Assembly (NCBI GenBank): GCA_036444275.1
Contig: JAZGAD010000053.1
Location: 27,341 to 91,340, forward strand
Origin: Candidatus Hydrothermarchaeales archaeon
GTDB taxonomy: Archaea; Hydrothermarchaeota; Hydrothermarchaeia; Hydrothermarchaeales; JAZGAD01
Length of the DNA: 64,000 nt
Direction of reading: 5' to 3'
A program made the position numbers and the translations under genes. The notes under the pieces were generated by a model. The model ran no database searches and was not told the DNA's origin. It saw only the letters and a list, made by a program, of their open reading frames with translations. Below, one piece after another: positions 1 through 9,034 of this stretch. Positions within the stretch are counted from its first letter, which is position 1; each line of letters begins with the position of its first letter.

Positions 1-1
1 C

Positions 2-370
2 CTCCACCTTTGGATGCCTTTCCTTCATTTTCCGCATGACATAGATGAAGGTGCTGTAGAAGAGGGGATCACCTATCGTAGGGAACGCTACATCCCTATC
101 CTTCTCGAGTTCGGCGTATATTTCGTCTACAGTATTCTCCCAAGCTTCCTCCAATACTCCGGCATCTTTGGTCATAGGGAATTCAAGCTCTTTTATCTCA
201 GCTTTCCCCTCCAATAGACCCCTCACAACAGATAGAGCTAGACTCTCCTTTTTCCCCTTGGATTTCGGTGCGAAGATTATGTTAACTGAGTTCAGTACCT
301 TTAATGCCTTAGGGGTCACCAATTCTGGATCACCAGGGCCTACGCCCACGCCGTAGAGCTTGCCAGTCAT
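2..370 (-). CDS. cbiL: Cobalt-precorrin-2 C20-methyltransferase (runs off window start)
   Basis: Read manually, not in ORF track: MTGKLYGVGVGPGDPELVTPKA...FPMTKD...TIGDPLFYSTF; tetrapyrrole methylase motifs; directly follows cbiT. Confidence 0.88.
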   Translation of the reverse strand, partial: MTGKLYGVGVGPGDPELVTPKALKVLNSVNIIFAPKSKGKKESLALSVVRGLLEGKAEIKELEFPMTKDAGVLEEAWENTVDEIYAELEKDRDVAFPTIGDPLFYSTFIYVMRKMKERHPKVE

Positions 371-371
371 C

Positions 372-941
372 TCACCGCCTCACATCGATTACGAATACAG
401 GATTATGAGCCTTCATGATCATCTTATCACCGACCGTCTCACTCCTGCTTATAGATACCTGGGTGACGTTGAAATCTAGGTCAAGTGCCTGCAGCGTCGA
501 TAACGCCTTGCCGAGGGAATCTAAAGTCACGATGTTCACAACTATAATTCCCCCACGCTTCAGCCTCTCGATGCTCTTCCTTAAGATGCCTCCAATTTTA
601 CCACCGCTTCCACCTATGATTATCCTATCAGCTAGGGGGAGTTCAGCTAGTACGTCGGGGGCTTCTCTATTTATGATATCTACGTTTTTCACACCGAATA
701 TCTTCAGGTTCTTCTCTATTATTGGTATTCTGTCTGCATTTCTCTCAACGGCAAAGACTCTGCCACCTCTAGCTAGAAGGGCTGCCTCGACAGTAAGAGA
801 ACCGCATCCAGCGCCGATGTCGTAGATAATATCGAAGTCCCCTATCCTCGCCTTTGACAGGGTGACTGCCCTTACCTCCTGCTTAGTCATCGGAGCTCCT
901 CCAATGAATTCCTCATCAGGTATGCCTAGGCTATGCTCCAT
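372..941 (-). CDS. cbiT: Cobalt-precorrin-6B C15-methyltransferase (decarboxylating)
   Basis: GIPDEEF..PMTKQEVRAVTLSK, DIGAGCGS SAM motif, IGGSGG; start moved to ATG 941 overlapping the cbiE stop. Confidence 0.92.
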   Translation of the reverse strand: MEHSLGIPDEEFIGGAPMTKQEVRAVTLSKARIGDFDIIYDIGAGCGSLTVEAALLARGGRVFAVERNADRIPIIEKNLKIFGVKNVDIINREAPDVLAELPLADRIIIGGSGGKIGGILRKSIERLKRGGIIVVNIVTLDSLGKALSTLQALDLDFNVTQVSISRSETVGDKMIMKAHNPVFVIDVRR

Positions 942-1548
942 CAAAGACCACCATGATACAGTTACCAGAGAAACTTTTTTTCGAGATATCCTCAAGGTTA
1001 GAATTAATAATCCTCTCCTCACTTCCAGAGAGGTCCTCGCAGACCGCTGCACTCCTGTTCCCTACGCCCGAACTTAAAAGGAGGCTCGCTATCCTGTCAG
1101 GCGTATATGTACTATCAGTCAAGATAACGGATTTACCTTCTATTATCCTCTCCGGCAGGCCCTTTGGGTCTCGCCCGTGAAGGCTTATGAAGCGTGCATC
1201 TTTCCATGATTCCTTTAGCTTGGCAAAGCAGAGTTGCATAGAACTTATACCCGGGATTATCTCTACATCCTTTTCCTGGAAATTCTCTAGTACTACGTCT
1301 AGAATACTGTAGAAACCAGGATCGCCAGAGGTGAGGACTGCGACATCCTTATCTCCATTCTCTCTTATGAATTCAAGGACAGCATTTAGATCTCTGTCTA
1401 TCACCATTTGCTTGGATTTAGATTGAAATAGGGACAACGCTTTCTTTCCACCAACCAATACCTCGGCTTTATCGACTGCCGCTTCGGCTGCAGGGGTAAG
1501 AAAGTCCCTTGAGCCTGGTCCTATGCCTATGACAAATATCTTTCCCAT
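931..1548 (-). CDS. cbiE: Cobalt-precorrin-7 C5-methyltransferase
   Basis: VIGIGPGS, LTSGDPGFY, IPGISSMQ, SLHGR motifs; cbi operon context. Confidence 0.92.
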   Translation of the reverse strand: MGKIFVIGIGPGSRDFLTPAAEAAVDKAEVLVGGKKALSLFQSKSKQMVIDRDLNAVLEFIRENGDKDVAVLTSGDPGFYSILDVVLENFQEKDVEIIPGISSMQLCFAKLKESWKDARFISLHGRDPKGLPERIIEGKSVILTDSTYTPDRIASLLLSSGVGNRSAAVCEDLSGSEERIINSNLEDISKKSFSGNCIMVVFDGA

Positions 1549-2636
1549 CGTGTCGCCCCAGTGAAATGCCTCCCAACTACTTCGCCCTTCAGGGATATCA
1601 AAGCCGTGCTTATGTCAATGCGATTATCTACGTACGTCATTGCTCTACTACTCACCTTCTCAGCTATAGAGTCAAATACCTCTGCGAGGTGATTCTCCTT
1701 CAAAATCTCTAGTGCTTCTTCAGTGGTGTTAGCACCGAGGACGTCTTTTATAATTTCTTCACATGCTCCCATACGTGCTACGTGGGAAGCAATGGTCTTG
1801 AAGCCTCTTTCAGAAGCTTTACTATGCGTATAAAAGGCGCCTCCAGCCACCTTAGTCAGCTTGCCTAGGCCGCCTAGTATGAGTGCCCTTTTCACCTCTC
1901 TTGCTACGCATGCCTGGAGCATGAAGCCAATGAAGTTGCTGACTTGCACTATAGCGTCTTCTGGTATCCCTCTGCTCAAGGCGCTCTTCTCTCCTATCCT
2001 GCCCGGCGTTAGAACTATTTCATCGTAGCCCAATGCAAGGGCAACGTCTATCTGCGGCAGGAGGGAATCCCTTAATGCTTCTTCAGATCTAGGCTCAACT
2101 ATGCCGGTAGTGCCCAGTATGGAGATGCCTTCCATGATCCCAAGGCGCTGGTTCATAGTCCTCTTCGCCAGTTCTCTTCCATTCGGGACAGAAATAGTGA
2201 CCTCTATGCCTTCTCTTGGTAGAACCTTTGAGACCTCCCGCAGTATCATCTCCCTGGGTACAGGGTTTATCGCGGGCTCGCCTACTTCTACTTGCAGCCC
2301 CCGTTTTGTTACCATGCCAATACCCTCGCCGCCTTTAAGCTCTATTCCGCTTTTTTTCATTTTCACGGAGGCCCATATCTCTGCCTTATTTGTGACATCC
2401 GGATCGTCTCCTGCGTCTTTCACAACACAGCACTCCGCCTTAGCGTTACTGAGTCTCACTTTATTTATTTTCAATACAGCTGTCCCGCCAGCTGGCAGCT
2501 CGACCTCTACTTCATGCACTCTTTCTCCAGTGAAGAGCATGCTCGCAGCTGCCTTGGCTGATGCTGCAGCGCAGGTGCCTGTGGTATAGCCGCGCTTCAG
2601 GGTCTTTCCATTTCTCTGTATATACTGCTCAATCAT
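1527..2636 (-). CDS. cbiD: Cobalt-precorrin-5B C1-methyltransferase
   Basis: GYTTGTCAAA, KDAGDDPDVT, AINPVPR, GISILGTTGIV signature motifs. Confidence 0.96.
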   Translation of the reverse strand: MIEQYIQRNGKTLKRGYTTGTCAAASAKAAASMLFTGERVHEVEVELPAGGTAVLKINKVRLSNAKAECCVVKDAGDDPDVTNKAEIWASVKMKKSGIELKGGEGIGMVTKRGLQVEVGEPAINPVPREMILREVSKVLPREGIEVTISVPNGRELAKRTMNQRLGIMEGISILGTTGIVEPRSEEALRDSLLPQIDVALALGYDEIVLTPGRIGEKSALSRGIPEDAIVQVSNFIGFMLQACVAREVKRALILGGLGKLTKVAGGAFYTHSKASERGFKTIASHVARMGACEEIIKDVLGANTTEEALEILKENHLAEVFDSIAEKVSSRAMTYVDNRIDISTALISLKGEVVGRHFTGATRWERYLS

Positions 2637-3253
2637 TATTCCTTTTTCTTCCCAGCAAGGTCCAGCAGGGCATTAAATATTGCAACTGCGACAGTGCTCC
2701 CGCCTCTATCACCCTTTACCACTATACTCGGGGTGCTGTATTCCAAAATCTGCTCTTTTGACTCTCTCGCGCCAACGAATCCCACTGGAGCTGCAATGAC
2801 AAAGGCAGGCAAGTTTCCTTCTTCAATCAATCTGCATAATTCAAAGAGCGCTGTAGGAGCATTCCCAACTACTACGATATTATCCTGAAGTTCATTCTTG
2901 AAGAGATGAAAGGCAGAGCCTGCCCGTGTCTTACCAGTATCCTCTGCAAGGGCATAGACGTCGTTGCGGTCGATGAAACATTTTACTACACTACCATAGC
3001 TTTCTAGGGCTCGTGAGTTGATGCCTACTTTAACCATGTTCACATCGGTTATGACATTCTTCCCAGATCGTATCGCCTCTATTCCCTTTTCAACTGCATT
3101 TTTACTAAATACCACGAGATCAGCGAAGTCAAAGTCTGCAGTGGCATGTACCACCCTCTTGACGATCTCCCTCTCTGGAAATGGAGTACTACTTAACCTA
3201 GATTCGATTATCCTAAAACTCTCTCTTGCTATCTTCTCTGCCTCTGGAGTCAT
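2636..3253 (-). CDS. cbiC: Cobalt-precorrin-8 methylmutase
   Basis: RVVHATADF, TDVNMV, VGNAPTAL, PVGFVGARESK, RGGSTVAVA motifs. Confidence 0.96.
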   Translation of the reverse strand: MTPEAEKIARESFRIIESRLSSTPFPEREIVKRVVHATADFDFADLVVFSKNAVEKGIEAIRSGKNVITDVNMVKVGINSRALESYGSVVKCFIDRNDVYALAEDTGKTRAGSAFHLFKNELQDNIVVVGNAPTALFELCRLIEEGNLPAFVIAAPVGFVGARESKEQILEYSTPSIVVKGDRGGSTVAVAIFNALLDLAGKKKE

Positions 3254-3648
3254 TTCAATGCCTCCTTTGCCCTGTCCACCACTACGTCAGCGAGGCGCTC
3301 ATCTGCACCAATGTGTCGAGCATACAGTATTTCCACATCCTCTGGGATCTTTATCTTGCCATAGCCAAACCCTGGAGACTCGCCCTCCTTCAAACCTAAG
3401 AGAATAGGTAAGTCCTCTGTAACATGCAGGCCAGGAAGCAGGAATAAGGGTACGATAATAATCTTCTTGACACCTTCTTCCAATAAGGAATTTATTGTAT
3501 CCTCCAGTGTGGGCTTCCAATGCTTCATATACCCGATGCGGATTTCTAACCCAGATTTTTCCCTAGCCTTCTTTGCTATCTCCTCGTAGATGCCCCGGCT
3601 CTCAGGAACCTTGCTGCCATGACCCACTATTATAACACACGTCTTCAC
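3250..3648 (-). CDS. cbiX: Sirohydrochlorin cobaltochelatase, short archaeal CbiX(S)
   Basis: VGHGS and VPLFLLPGLHVTEDLP motifs; 132 aa; within cbi operon. Confidence 0.88.
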   Translation of the reverse strand: MKTCVIIVGHGSKVPESRGIYEEIAKKAREKSGLEIRIGYMKHWKPTLEDTINSLLEEGVKKIIIVPLFLLPGLHVTEDLPILLGLKEGESPGFGYGKIKIPEDVEILYARHIGADERLADVVVDRAKEALK

Positions 3649-3682
3649 TGCGATTCAACCTTTGTTATACGTCAACGTCACA

Positions 3683-5035
3683 TCACACAGACAATGATAG
3701 ACACTCTATACAGCGGTTGTTTTTCCGATTATTCTCGTCGATTTTTTTGACAGCATGCTCTGCCATCTTCCCGCTTGCAAGGATTGCCACGTCGATACCT
3801 CGGAGCGCAGCTGAGATGCTGGCATTCACTACATCTACATCATAGTTGCACTCTAGGTCAAGTTTTCTAACCACCGCCTTTGCAGATGTGCCCATTGCCG
3901 CTATCCTCCCTGGATTCATCTCTTTTATCTTGTCTCTGAGTTCATCTAACACAACCGCTCTTGAGCCGCCTTCTGCTGTACTCGGTATTTTAACCACATA
4001 TATCCTGCCGGGTTGCGTTCTTATCTTCCCACCCAACGCAATTAATGCGATATCATCCCCTACCTTAGCGGAATACAACACCCTACCGAATGTGTCTGCA
4101 TCTGCATCTTGCACCGCGTAGATTACTCCATCTCTTAATACAAGCCCAGCTTTATCACCGGATTTGAAATCAGTACTTGCTATAGCGTACCTGACGATTA
4201 CATCGCTTTCTACCCCATCCACCAGATCCAAGACTGTTAGAGGGGTGTCTATCTTCTTCTCCTTCTTTGATACAATTCCACGTGCTTCGAAATCCCTGAA
4301 AGCCTGTACAGTAATAGGGGCATTTAGCTTAGCCTTTCGCAGGAGTTTCTCATCCTTGAATATTTCTTCAGGCATGCCAGATGCCAATACTCTGCCCTCG
4401 TCTAGCACTACGACATTTTCTGCCCAACTTCCAACTGCATTAATAGAGTGAGTGGACAGTATCACTGTGGTACCGTATTCTTTGTTAAGTTCGCTGAGGA
4501 CACCTACGAGCTCTTCAGAGCCACTGGGATCCAGATTCGATAGAGGCTCGTCTAGCACTAGGATCTCAGAGCCCATAGCCAGTGCTCCTGCTATAGCTGC
4601 CCTATGCTTCTGGCCGGCGCTTAGGTTATGTGGTGGTCTATCTCGCAAGTGGTATATGCCCATCATTTTAAGAGAATCTGCAACCCTTGCTTCTACCTCA
4701 CCTTCAGGCAGGCCTATGTTCCTAGGTCCAAAGGCAACGTCTTGATACACAGTAGGTGCAAAGAGCTGGTCATCTGGATTCTGAAAAACCATGCCTATCT
4801 CCCGCCTTATTTCATTCACGTTGGTCTTAGTGAGTTCTCGCCCATTAACAAATACATTACCTGTAGTCGGAGTGTAGATGCCGTTAAGGCAGTAAAAAAG
4901 TGTTGTCTTACCGGCGCCGTTCGAGCCGAGGATGGCAGTGCGCTCACCCTTCTGAATCGCTAGCTCCAGTCCCTTAAGGGCTTGGGTCCCATCAGGATAT
5001 GTATAGTGCAGGTCTAGTGTCTTGAGTGCTTCCAT
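3683..5035 (-). CDS. cbiO: ECF cobalt transporter ATPase with an extra C-terminal domain of ~170 aa
   Basis: Walker A GSNGAGKTT, FQNPDDQLF, LSAGQ, LDEP; follows cbiQ; alternative GTG start at 5044. Confidence 0.9.
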   Translation of the reverse strand: MEALKTLDLHYTYPDGTQALKGLELAIQKGERTAILGSNGAGKTTLFYCLNGIYTPTTGNVFVNGRELTKTNVNEIRREIGMVFQNPDDQLFAPTVYQDVAFGPRNIGLPEGEVEARVADSLKMMGIYHLRDRPPHNLSAGQKHRAAIAGALAMGSEILVLDEPLSNLDPSGSEELVGVLSELNKEYGTTVILSTHSINAVGSWAENVVVLDEGRVLASGMPEEIFKDEKLLRKAKLNAPITVQAFRDFEARGIVSKKEKKIDTPLTVLDLVDGVESDVIVRYAIASTDFKSGDKAGLVLRDGVIYAVQDADADTFGRVLYSAKVGDDIALIALGGKIRTQPGRIYVVKIPSTAEGGSRAVVLDELRDKIKEMNPGRIAAMGTSAKAVVRKLDLECNYDVDVVNASISAALRGIDVAILASGKMAEHAVKKIDENNRKNNRCIECLSLSV

Positions 5036-5037
5036 AT

Positions 5038-5787
5038 TTACCACTTATCAATAACTAACAGCACCGCGAAAAGCATTACAGAGACAGATCCTAGGGCGAT
5101 GTCCTTAAAAGGAATTCTCTTGGCAGGCACATATATCCTGGAGCCCGGATGATAGCCTCTTGCGAGCATCGCAGTATATGAGCATCGTGCCTTTTCAATG
5201 GACCTAATCATAAGCATGCCGCTTAGGGTCGAGAAGTTTTCAATGCGCTTTCTAATGGAGAGGGTCTTGGAAAAAGCATTTCGTGCACTCATTGCATTGT
5301 GCAACTTTACGCTCTCGTCAGCGAAGAGGAATATGTACCTGAGCATAAGTGCTGTAAGGTCTATGAGCGTCCTCGGCAGCCTCAACCAGGAGAGAGCGTC
5401 CAGAAGAGAAGTCATCGGCGTAACTAAAGTTAGCAAGTTTAATAGGGAGGTCGCTGCTAGTACTCGGGTAAATATCAGCACGCCGAAAGAGACTCCTTCT
5501 AAGCCTTGCGCAAATATCACTCCACCCACTGCAAAGCCAGCGAATAATCCCGGAAACAGCATCCTAGAGAGGTATCTCCAAGCTGGTATACCTGAAAAAA
5601 GCGCAAATAGGAAACATACCGCTGCTATAGACAGAGCGAAAATCCATCTTTCTAGAAAAACCACTGTGAATATACCCAGACCGGCTACAACGAGCTTTAT
5701 CCTTGCATCGATACCACATAGTCGTGCGTCATAGGAAGATTTGTCTACCTGTATGAGTTCTCTAACGCATTCTAGAGCATCAACCAT
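5038..5787 (-). CDS. cbiQ: ECF cobalt transporter T component
   Basis: DARIKL, multiple TM segments, LRYIFLF, AMSAR and AMLARGY Ala-Arg-Gly-type motifs. Confidence 0.9.
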   Translation of the reverse strand: MVDALECVRELIQVDKSSYDARLCGIDARIKLVVAGLGIFTVVFLERWIFALSIAAVCFLFALFSGIPAWRYLSRMLFPGLFAGFAVGGVIFAQGLEGVSFGVLIFTRVLAATSLLNLLTLVTPMTSLLDALSWLRLPRTLIDLTALMLRYIFLFADESVKLHNAMSARNAFSKTLSIRKRIENFSTLSGMLMIRSIEKARCSYTAMLARGYHPGSRIYVPAKRIPFKDIALGSVSVMLFAVLLVIDKW

Positions 5788-5893
5788 ACGCTCTCCTCCT
5801 TAGCAACACCTCCCTGCCGAACAGGAAACCGAGAAAAAACCCTGTTGTTGTCGCCAAGCCGTTGAGCACGTCTATGAGAAGCCATTCAAACAC
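5780..5893 (-). CDS. Putative 37-aa single-TM peptide between cbiN and cbiQ
   Basis: GTG start 7 nt after AGGAGG; MFEWLLIDVLNGLATTTGFFLGFLFGREVLLRRRAYG; overlaps both neighbours and fills the gap exactly. Confidence 0.6.
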   Translation of the reverse strand: MFEWLLIDVLNGLATTTGFFLGFLFGREVLLRRRAYG

Positions 5894-6167
5894 TATGTAA
5901 CCTCCTTATTTCTACTATAGATGTCCAGTAGTACCCGAATAATGCACCGGCAAGCAAACCTGCTAGGGCGAAGGCAATATTCTCTCCAGTGTTGTTTAGA
6001 CCAATAGGGGTGCTCGGCTCACGGCCAGCAATTTCTGCTGCCATGTCTTCTACAGCGGCATCTGTACCGCCAAGGTCTCCCTTTGCAGAACCCGCATATG
6101 CTCCTCCAATGATTAATGCGATCGTAAACAGCCACAGGATTGCGATATTCTTAATTATCTTGTCCAA
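5886..6167 (-). CDS. cbiN: Cobalt transport protein CbiN-like
   Basis: Two TM helices, GGTDAAVE loop, E-x-x-A-F-A-L...FGYY; lies between cbiM and cbiQ. Confidence 0.8.
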   Translation of the reverse strand: MDKIIKNIAILWLFTIALIIGGAYAGSAKGDLGGTDAAVEDMAAEIAGREPSTPIGLNNTGENIAFALAGLLAGALFGYYWTSIVEIRRLHSV

Positions 6168-6819
6168 CTATCTCACCCTTCTCTAATACGAATATATCGT
6201 GCCTCGTCGAGAGGTAGCTTATAGTCCAAGCAGTAAATCCAAATTCTACAGCCGCTAGCACTATCTGTGTCGGGGCAAAACCCAGCATGAATATCCCCCA
6301 AAGGGTAACAACAGATCCCTCGCCGGCTAAGCTTAGAGCGAGTTCTGCAGAGGTCATAGTATAAGTCGCAATATCCCCAATGAAACCAGCAGCTCCAGCA
6401 GCGATTGGCAGAGAAAAATTCAGCCTCCTAAGCACTTTGTATACAAGCAATCCTGAAAACGCGCCGACAATGCCCATAGAAACAAGGTTCGCACCGAGCG
6501 TTGTTAAGCCGCCGTGAGCAAGAAACATGTGGAAAAATAATGCTATAGCACTTACTACGACTGTTGGAAATGCGCCTACCAATATCGCCGCCATCGGTGT
6601 GCCGATAGGATGCGATGAAGATCCAGTTACAGGCACCGGAAAGTGCCATATAGAGATCACGAAAACTGCTGCGCCCATAACAGCAAGCATAGGCATGTAG
6701 GCAGGATTCTTTTTCATCCTTCGTTGAATATCCCACAGGCCAACTGCCATGAATATCAGAGCAACTAGATACCATACAACTATCCACTTAAATGACAGGA
6801 TGCCATCTGATATGTGCAT
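6151..6819 (-). CDS. cbiM: ECF cobalt transporter S component
   Basis: N-terminal MHISDGIL, GSSSHPIG, AHGGLTTLGAN motifs. Confidence 0.95.
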   Translation of the reverse strand: MHISDGILSFKWIVVWYLVALIFMAVGLWDIQRRMKKNPAYMPMLAVMGAAVFVISIWHFPVPVTGSSSHPIGTPMAAILVGAFPTVVVSAIALFFHMFLAHGGLTTLGANLVSMGIVGAFSGLLVYKVLRRLNFSLPIAAGAAGFIGDIATYTMTSAELALSLAGEGSVVTLWGIFMLGFAPTQIVLAAVEFGFTAWTISYLSTRHDIFVLEKGEIVGQDN

Positions 6820-6957
6820 AGTCCTAAATCCTAGGAGGGCCTTATATACTGCATGTTTCTTGTAAGAATTGTTAGCCTTCTGGGTAAGATACGTTTCTAA
6901 AGTAAGTTTTATATTTAAGTAATATCTATTAGCTAATTAGGTAACAATGGTGGTGTT

Positions 6958-7464
6958 ATGTTCAAGACACTGAGCAGTAAAACTCGAAGAGAGATATTGA
7001 AGATTTTGGCAAAGCGAGAAATGCATATCTCAGGCTTGGCAAGGGAGCTGGGCATCTCTGTTCCGGTTGCTGCAAAGCACTGCAAGTTACTGGAGGAGAA
7101 AGAACTGGTCGAGAGGAAGAAGTTCGGGCGTACGCACGTGCTAAAGCTGCGGAGGGATAAGTTCAATATGGACTCGCTATACGACACCCTGGATATCTTC
7201 AGCGATACCTATAAGGTGACCCTCCCGAAGGGCGCCAATGTTATCGATGCTTTGAAGGAGGTGGCAGGTGTGACTGTCCAACGCGTAGGCGACAAGGAAT
7301 TTGTTACTTCTGTTGACGGGGAAGAAGGATACTATATCTACGAGATCGACGGCAAGATACCGAACGTCTCTATGGACAGGTTCGTGCTGAAGAAAAATTC
7401 TAACGTGAAATTAAAGAAATTGGTTCCGATGAAAAAGAAGGAGATAAAGATAAGGATAAAGTGA
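6958..7464 (+). CDS. ArsR-family wHTH regulator with C-terminal DUF4430/transcobalamin-like beta-grasp domain
   Basis: FKTLSSKTRREILKILAKREMHISGLARELGIS...KHCKLLEE HTH; C-terminal VTLPKGANVIDALK...FVTSVDG...YEIDGK..NVS.D.F.L. Confidence 0.8.
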   Translation: MFKTLSSKTRREILKILAKREMHISGLARELGISVPVAAKHCKLLEEKELVERKKFGRTHVLKLRRDKFNMDSLYDTLDIFSDTYKVTLPKGANVIDALKEVAGVTVQRVGDKEFVTSVDGEEGYYIYEIDGKIPNVSMDRFVLKKNSNVKLKKLVPMKKKEIKIRIK

Positions 7465-7486
7465 AGTAAAAGACAACGTGGGCAGG

Positions 7487-8896
7487 TTAGAGCTCTGCCT
7501 CCTTTTCCCGCCACTTCTCCTCTAAACTTTTAACTTCCTTTTCTTCTACTAGCTTCAGATCCTTTATCTCATCGTGGAGCTCCTCCAGGGTCTTATCCGA
7601 ATGCTTGTAGTAGTTCTGGACGAATCTATGGATGTCCTTCTGGGTCAGATCGTAGTCCAGCATCAGCTCTAGTACGAGTTCGCGCTTATACATCTCATGA
7701 TCCAGCTCCTTTAGAGAGAGATTGGTTATTGTGGAGAGCTCTTGGATATACCTGCCGTTCATGAGCTGAAGGTCAAGCTTGCCTGTCCTTGGATCATGGG
7801 AGAACAGGGTATTGGTGAGAAAGGTATCCTTCTCCCTACCAGCAAGCTCTACAACTTCGAAGACAATCCTCTTGAGCTTTCCATTCTCGGTGTACCTCCT
7901 ATGGGCAATTAGAAGGTCGAGGGCAGGGAGCATCATGCTGGGGACATTCATGGGGTGTCCTTGGAGTCTGATTAGAGCGTCTCTGGCACTGTTAGCATGT
8001 ATAGTAGCCATGCAACCGTCGTGCCCAGTGTTCATGGCAGTGAACATCGTTAGAGCTTCTTCAGCTCGCACCTCGCCGACAATCATCCTGTCAGGACGCA
8101 TTCTCAGGGCATTCTTGAGGAGCATATCCATGCTTATCTCATTGCCTTCCCTGTCAGGTGGGCGGCTCTCCATTGGTATCCAGTGCTTGTGTCTGATGCT
8201 TATCTCAAGAGTGTCTTCTATGCTCACGATGCGCTTGTCTTCGGGTATAAAACTCGACAAAGCATTCAGCGTCGTTGTCTTGCCGCTGGCAGTGCCTCCG
8301 ATTATAATTATGTTAGCTGGCAGCTTATCCAGGCCTTCTACCGCGAGCCAGAGGAAGGATGTCAACTTCGGGTCCAGGGTTTTATAGCGTAGAAGGTGCA
8401 GAACAGTAAGGGGCTCTACTCCGAACTTTCTTATGGTTATCGTCGAACCCTTTGGGGTAACCGCTGAGAGAGTTGCATTTACCCTAGAGCCGTCCTGGAG
8501 CCTCCCATCTAGCAGGGGAGCAGTTGCATTCACCGTACGTCCTGAATATCTCGCTATTCGCTCTATTATTGCTCTAGTCTCCTCTTCATCTAGGTAACTA
8601 TCAGTAGCCCTCGCTCCCGTCTCTTTGTCGAAGACATATACCGGCTGTTCCTTGCCGATCACCATGATCTCTTCTAAAGACTCATCCCACATATAGGGAG
8701 TAAGTTGCCCCAGGCTGAGGACTTGGTAGATGAAGCAGTCTATGGCCTCCTCGGGCACCTTGTCTCCCAGACTGGATTTTATCTCGTTTTTAAGCTCTGA
8801 TACCCGCTTCTTGTCTATAACAAAGACATCACGGTACTTCTCCCCCACGGCTTTGTTTATCGCCTCTACATCTGAGCGGTATTTGCTACAATCCAT
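7487..8896 (-). CDS. CpaF/TadA/VirB11-family secretion/pilus ATPase
   Basis: DGRLQDGSRVNAT, TIRKF, GGTASGKTT, IEDTLE, ALRMRPDRMIVGEVR, MNTGHDG. Confidence 0.92.
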   Translation of the reverse strand: MDCSKYRSDVEAINKAVGEKYRDVFVIDKKRVSELKNEIKSSLGDKVPEEAIDCFIYQVLSLGQLTPYMWDESLEEIMVIGKEQPVYVFDKETGARATDSYLDEEETRAIIERIARYSGRTVNATAPLLDGRLQDGSRVNATLSAVTPKGSTITIRKFGVEPLTVLHLLRYKTLDPKLTSFLWLAVEGLDKLPANIIIIGGTASGKTTTLNALSSFIPEDKRIVSIEDTLEISIRHKHWIPMESRPPDREGNEISMDMLLKNALRMRPDRMIVGEVRAEEALTMFTAMNTGHDGCMATIHANSARDALIRLQGHPMNVPSMMLPALDLLIAHRRYTENGKLKRIVFEVVELAGREKDTFLTNTLFSHDPRTGKLDLQLMNGRYIQELSTITNLSLKELDHEMYKRELVLELMLDYDLTQKDIHRFVQNYYKHSDKTLEELHDEIKDLKLVEEKEVKSLEEKWREKEAEL

Positions 8897-9034
8897 CTCA
8901 ACTATAACTCATCTGGGTAGTATAAAAAATTTTGTGGATGCTGACTGTTCTACATCCTTGATCAAATCAAATAAAGACAGTGGAAACTGTGCGTCAGCTG
9001 TATTGTGAGAAAGCCCGTCGTTTGTTATACTATG

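Noticed and set aside
3250-3648. CfbA (F430 nickel chelatase) implying methanogenesis
   Set aside because: The gene sits between cbiO and cbiC, and no cfb or mcr genes are present; CbiX is the simpler call
6820-6957. Cobalamin riboswitch upstream of cbiM
   Set aside because: The region is short and AT-rich and lacks B12-box-like sequence
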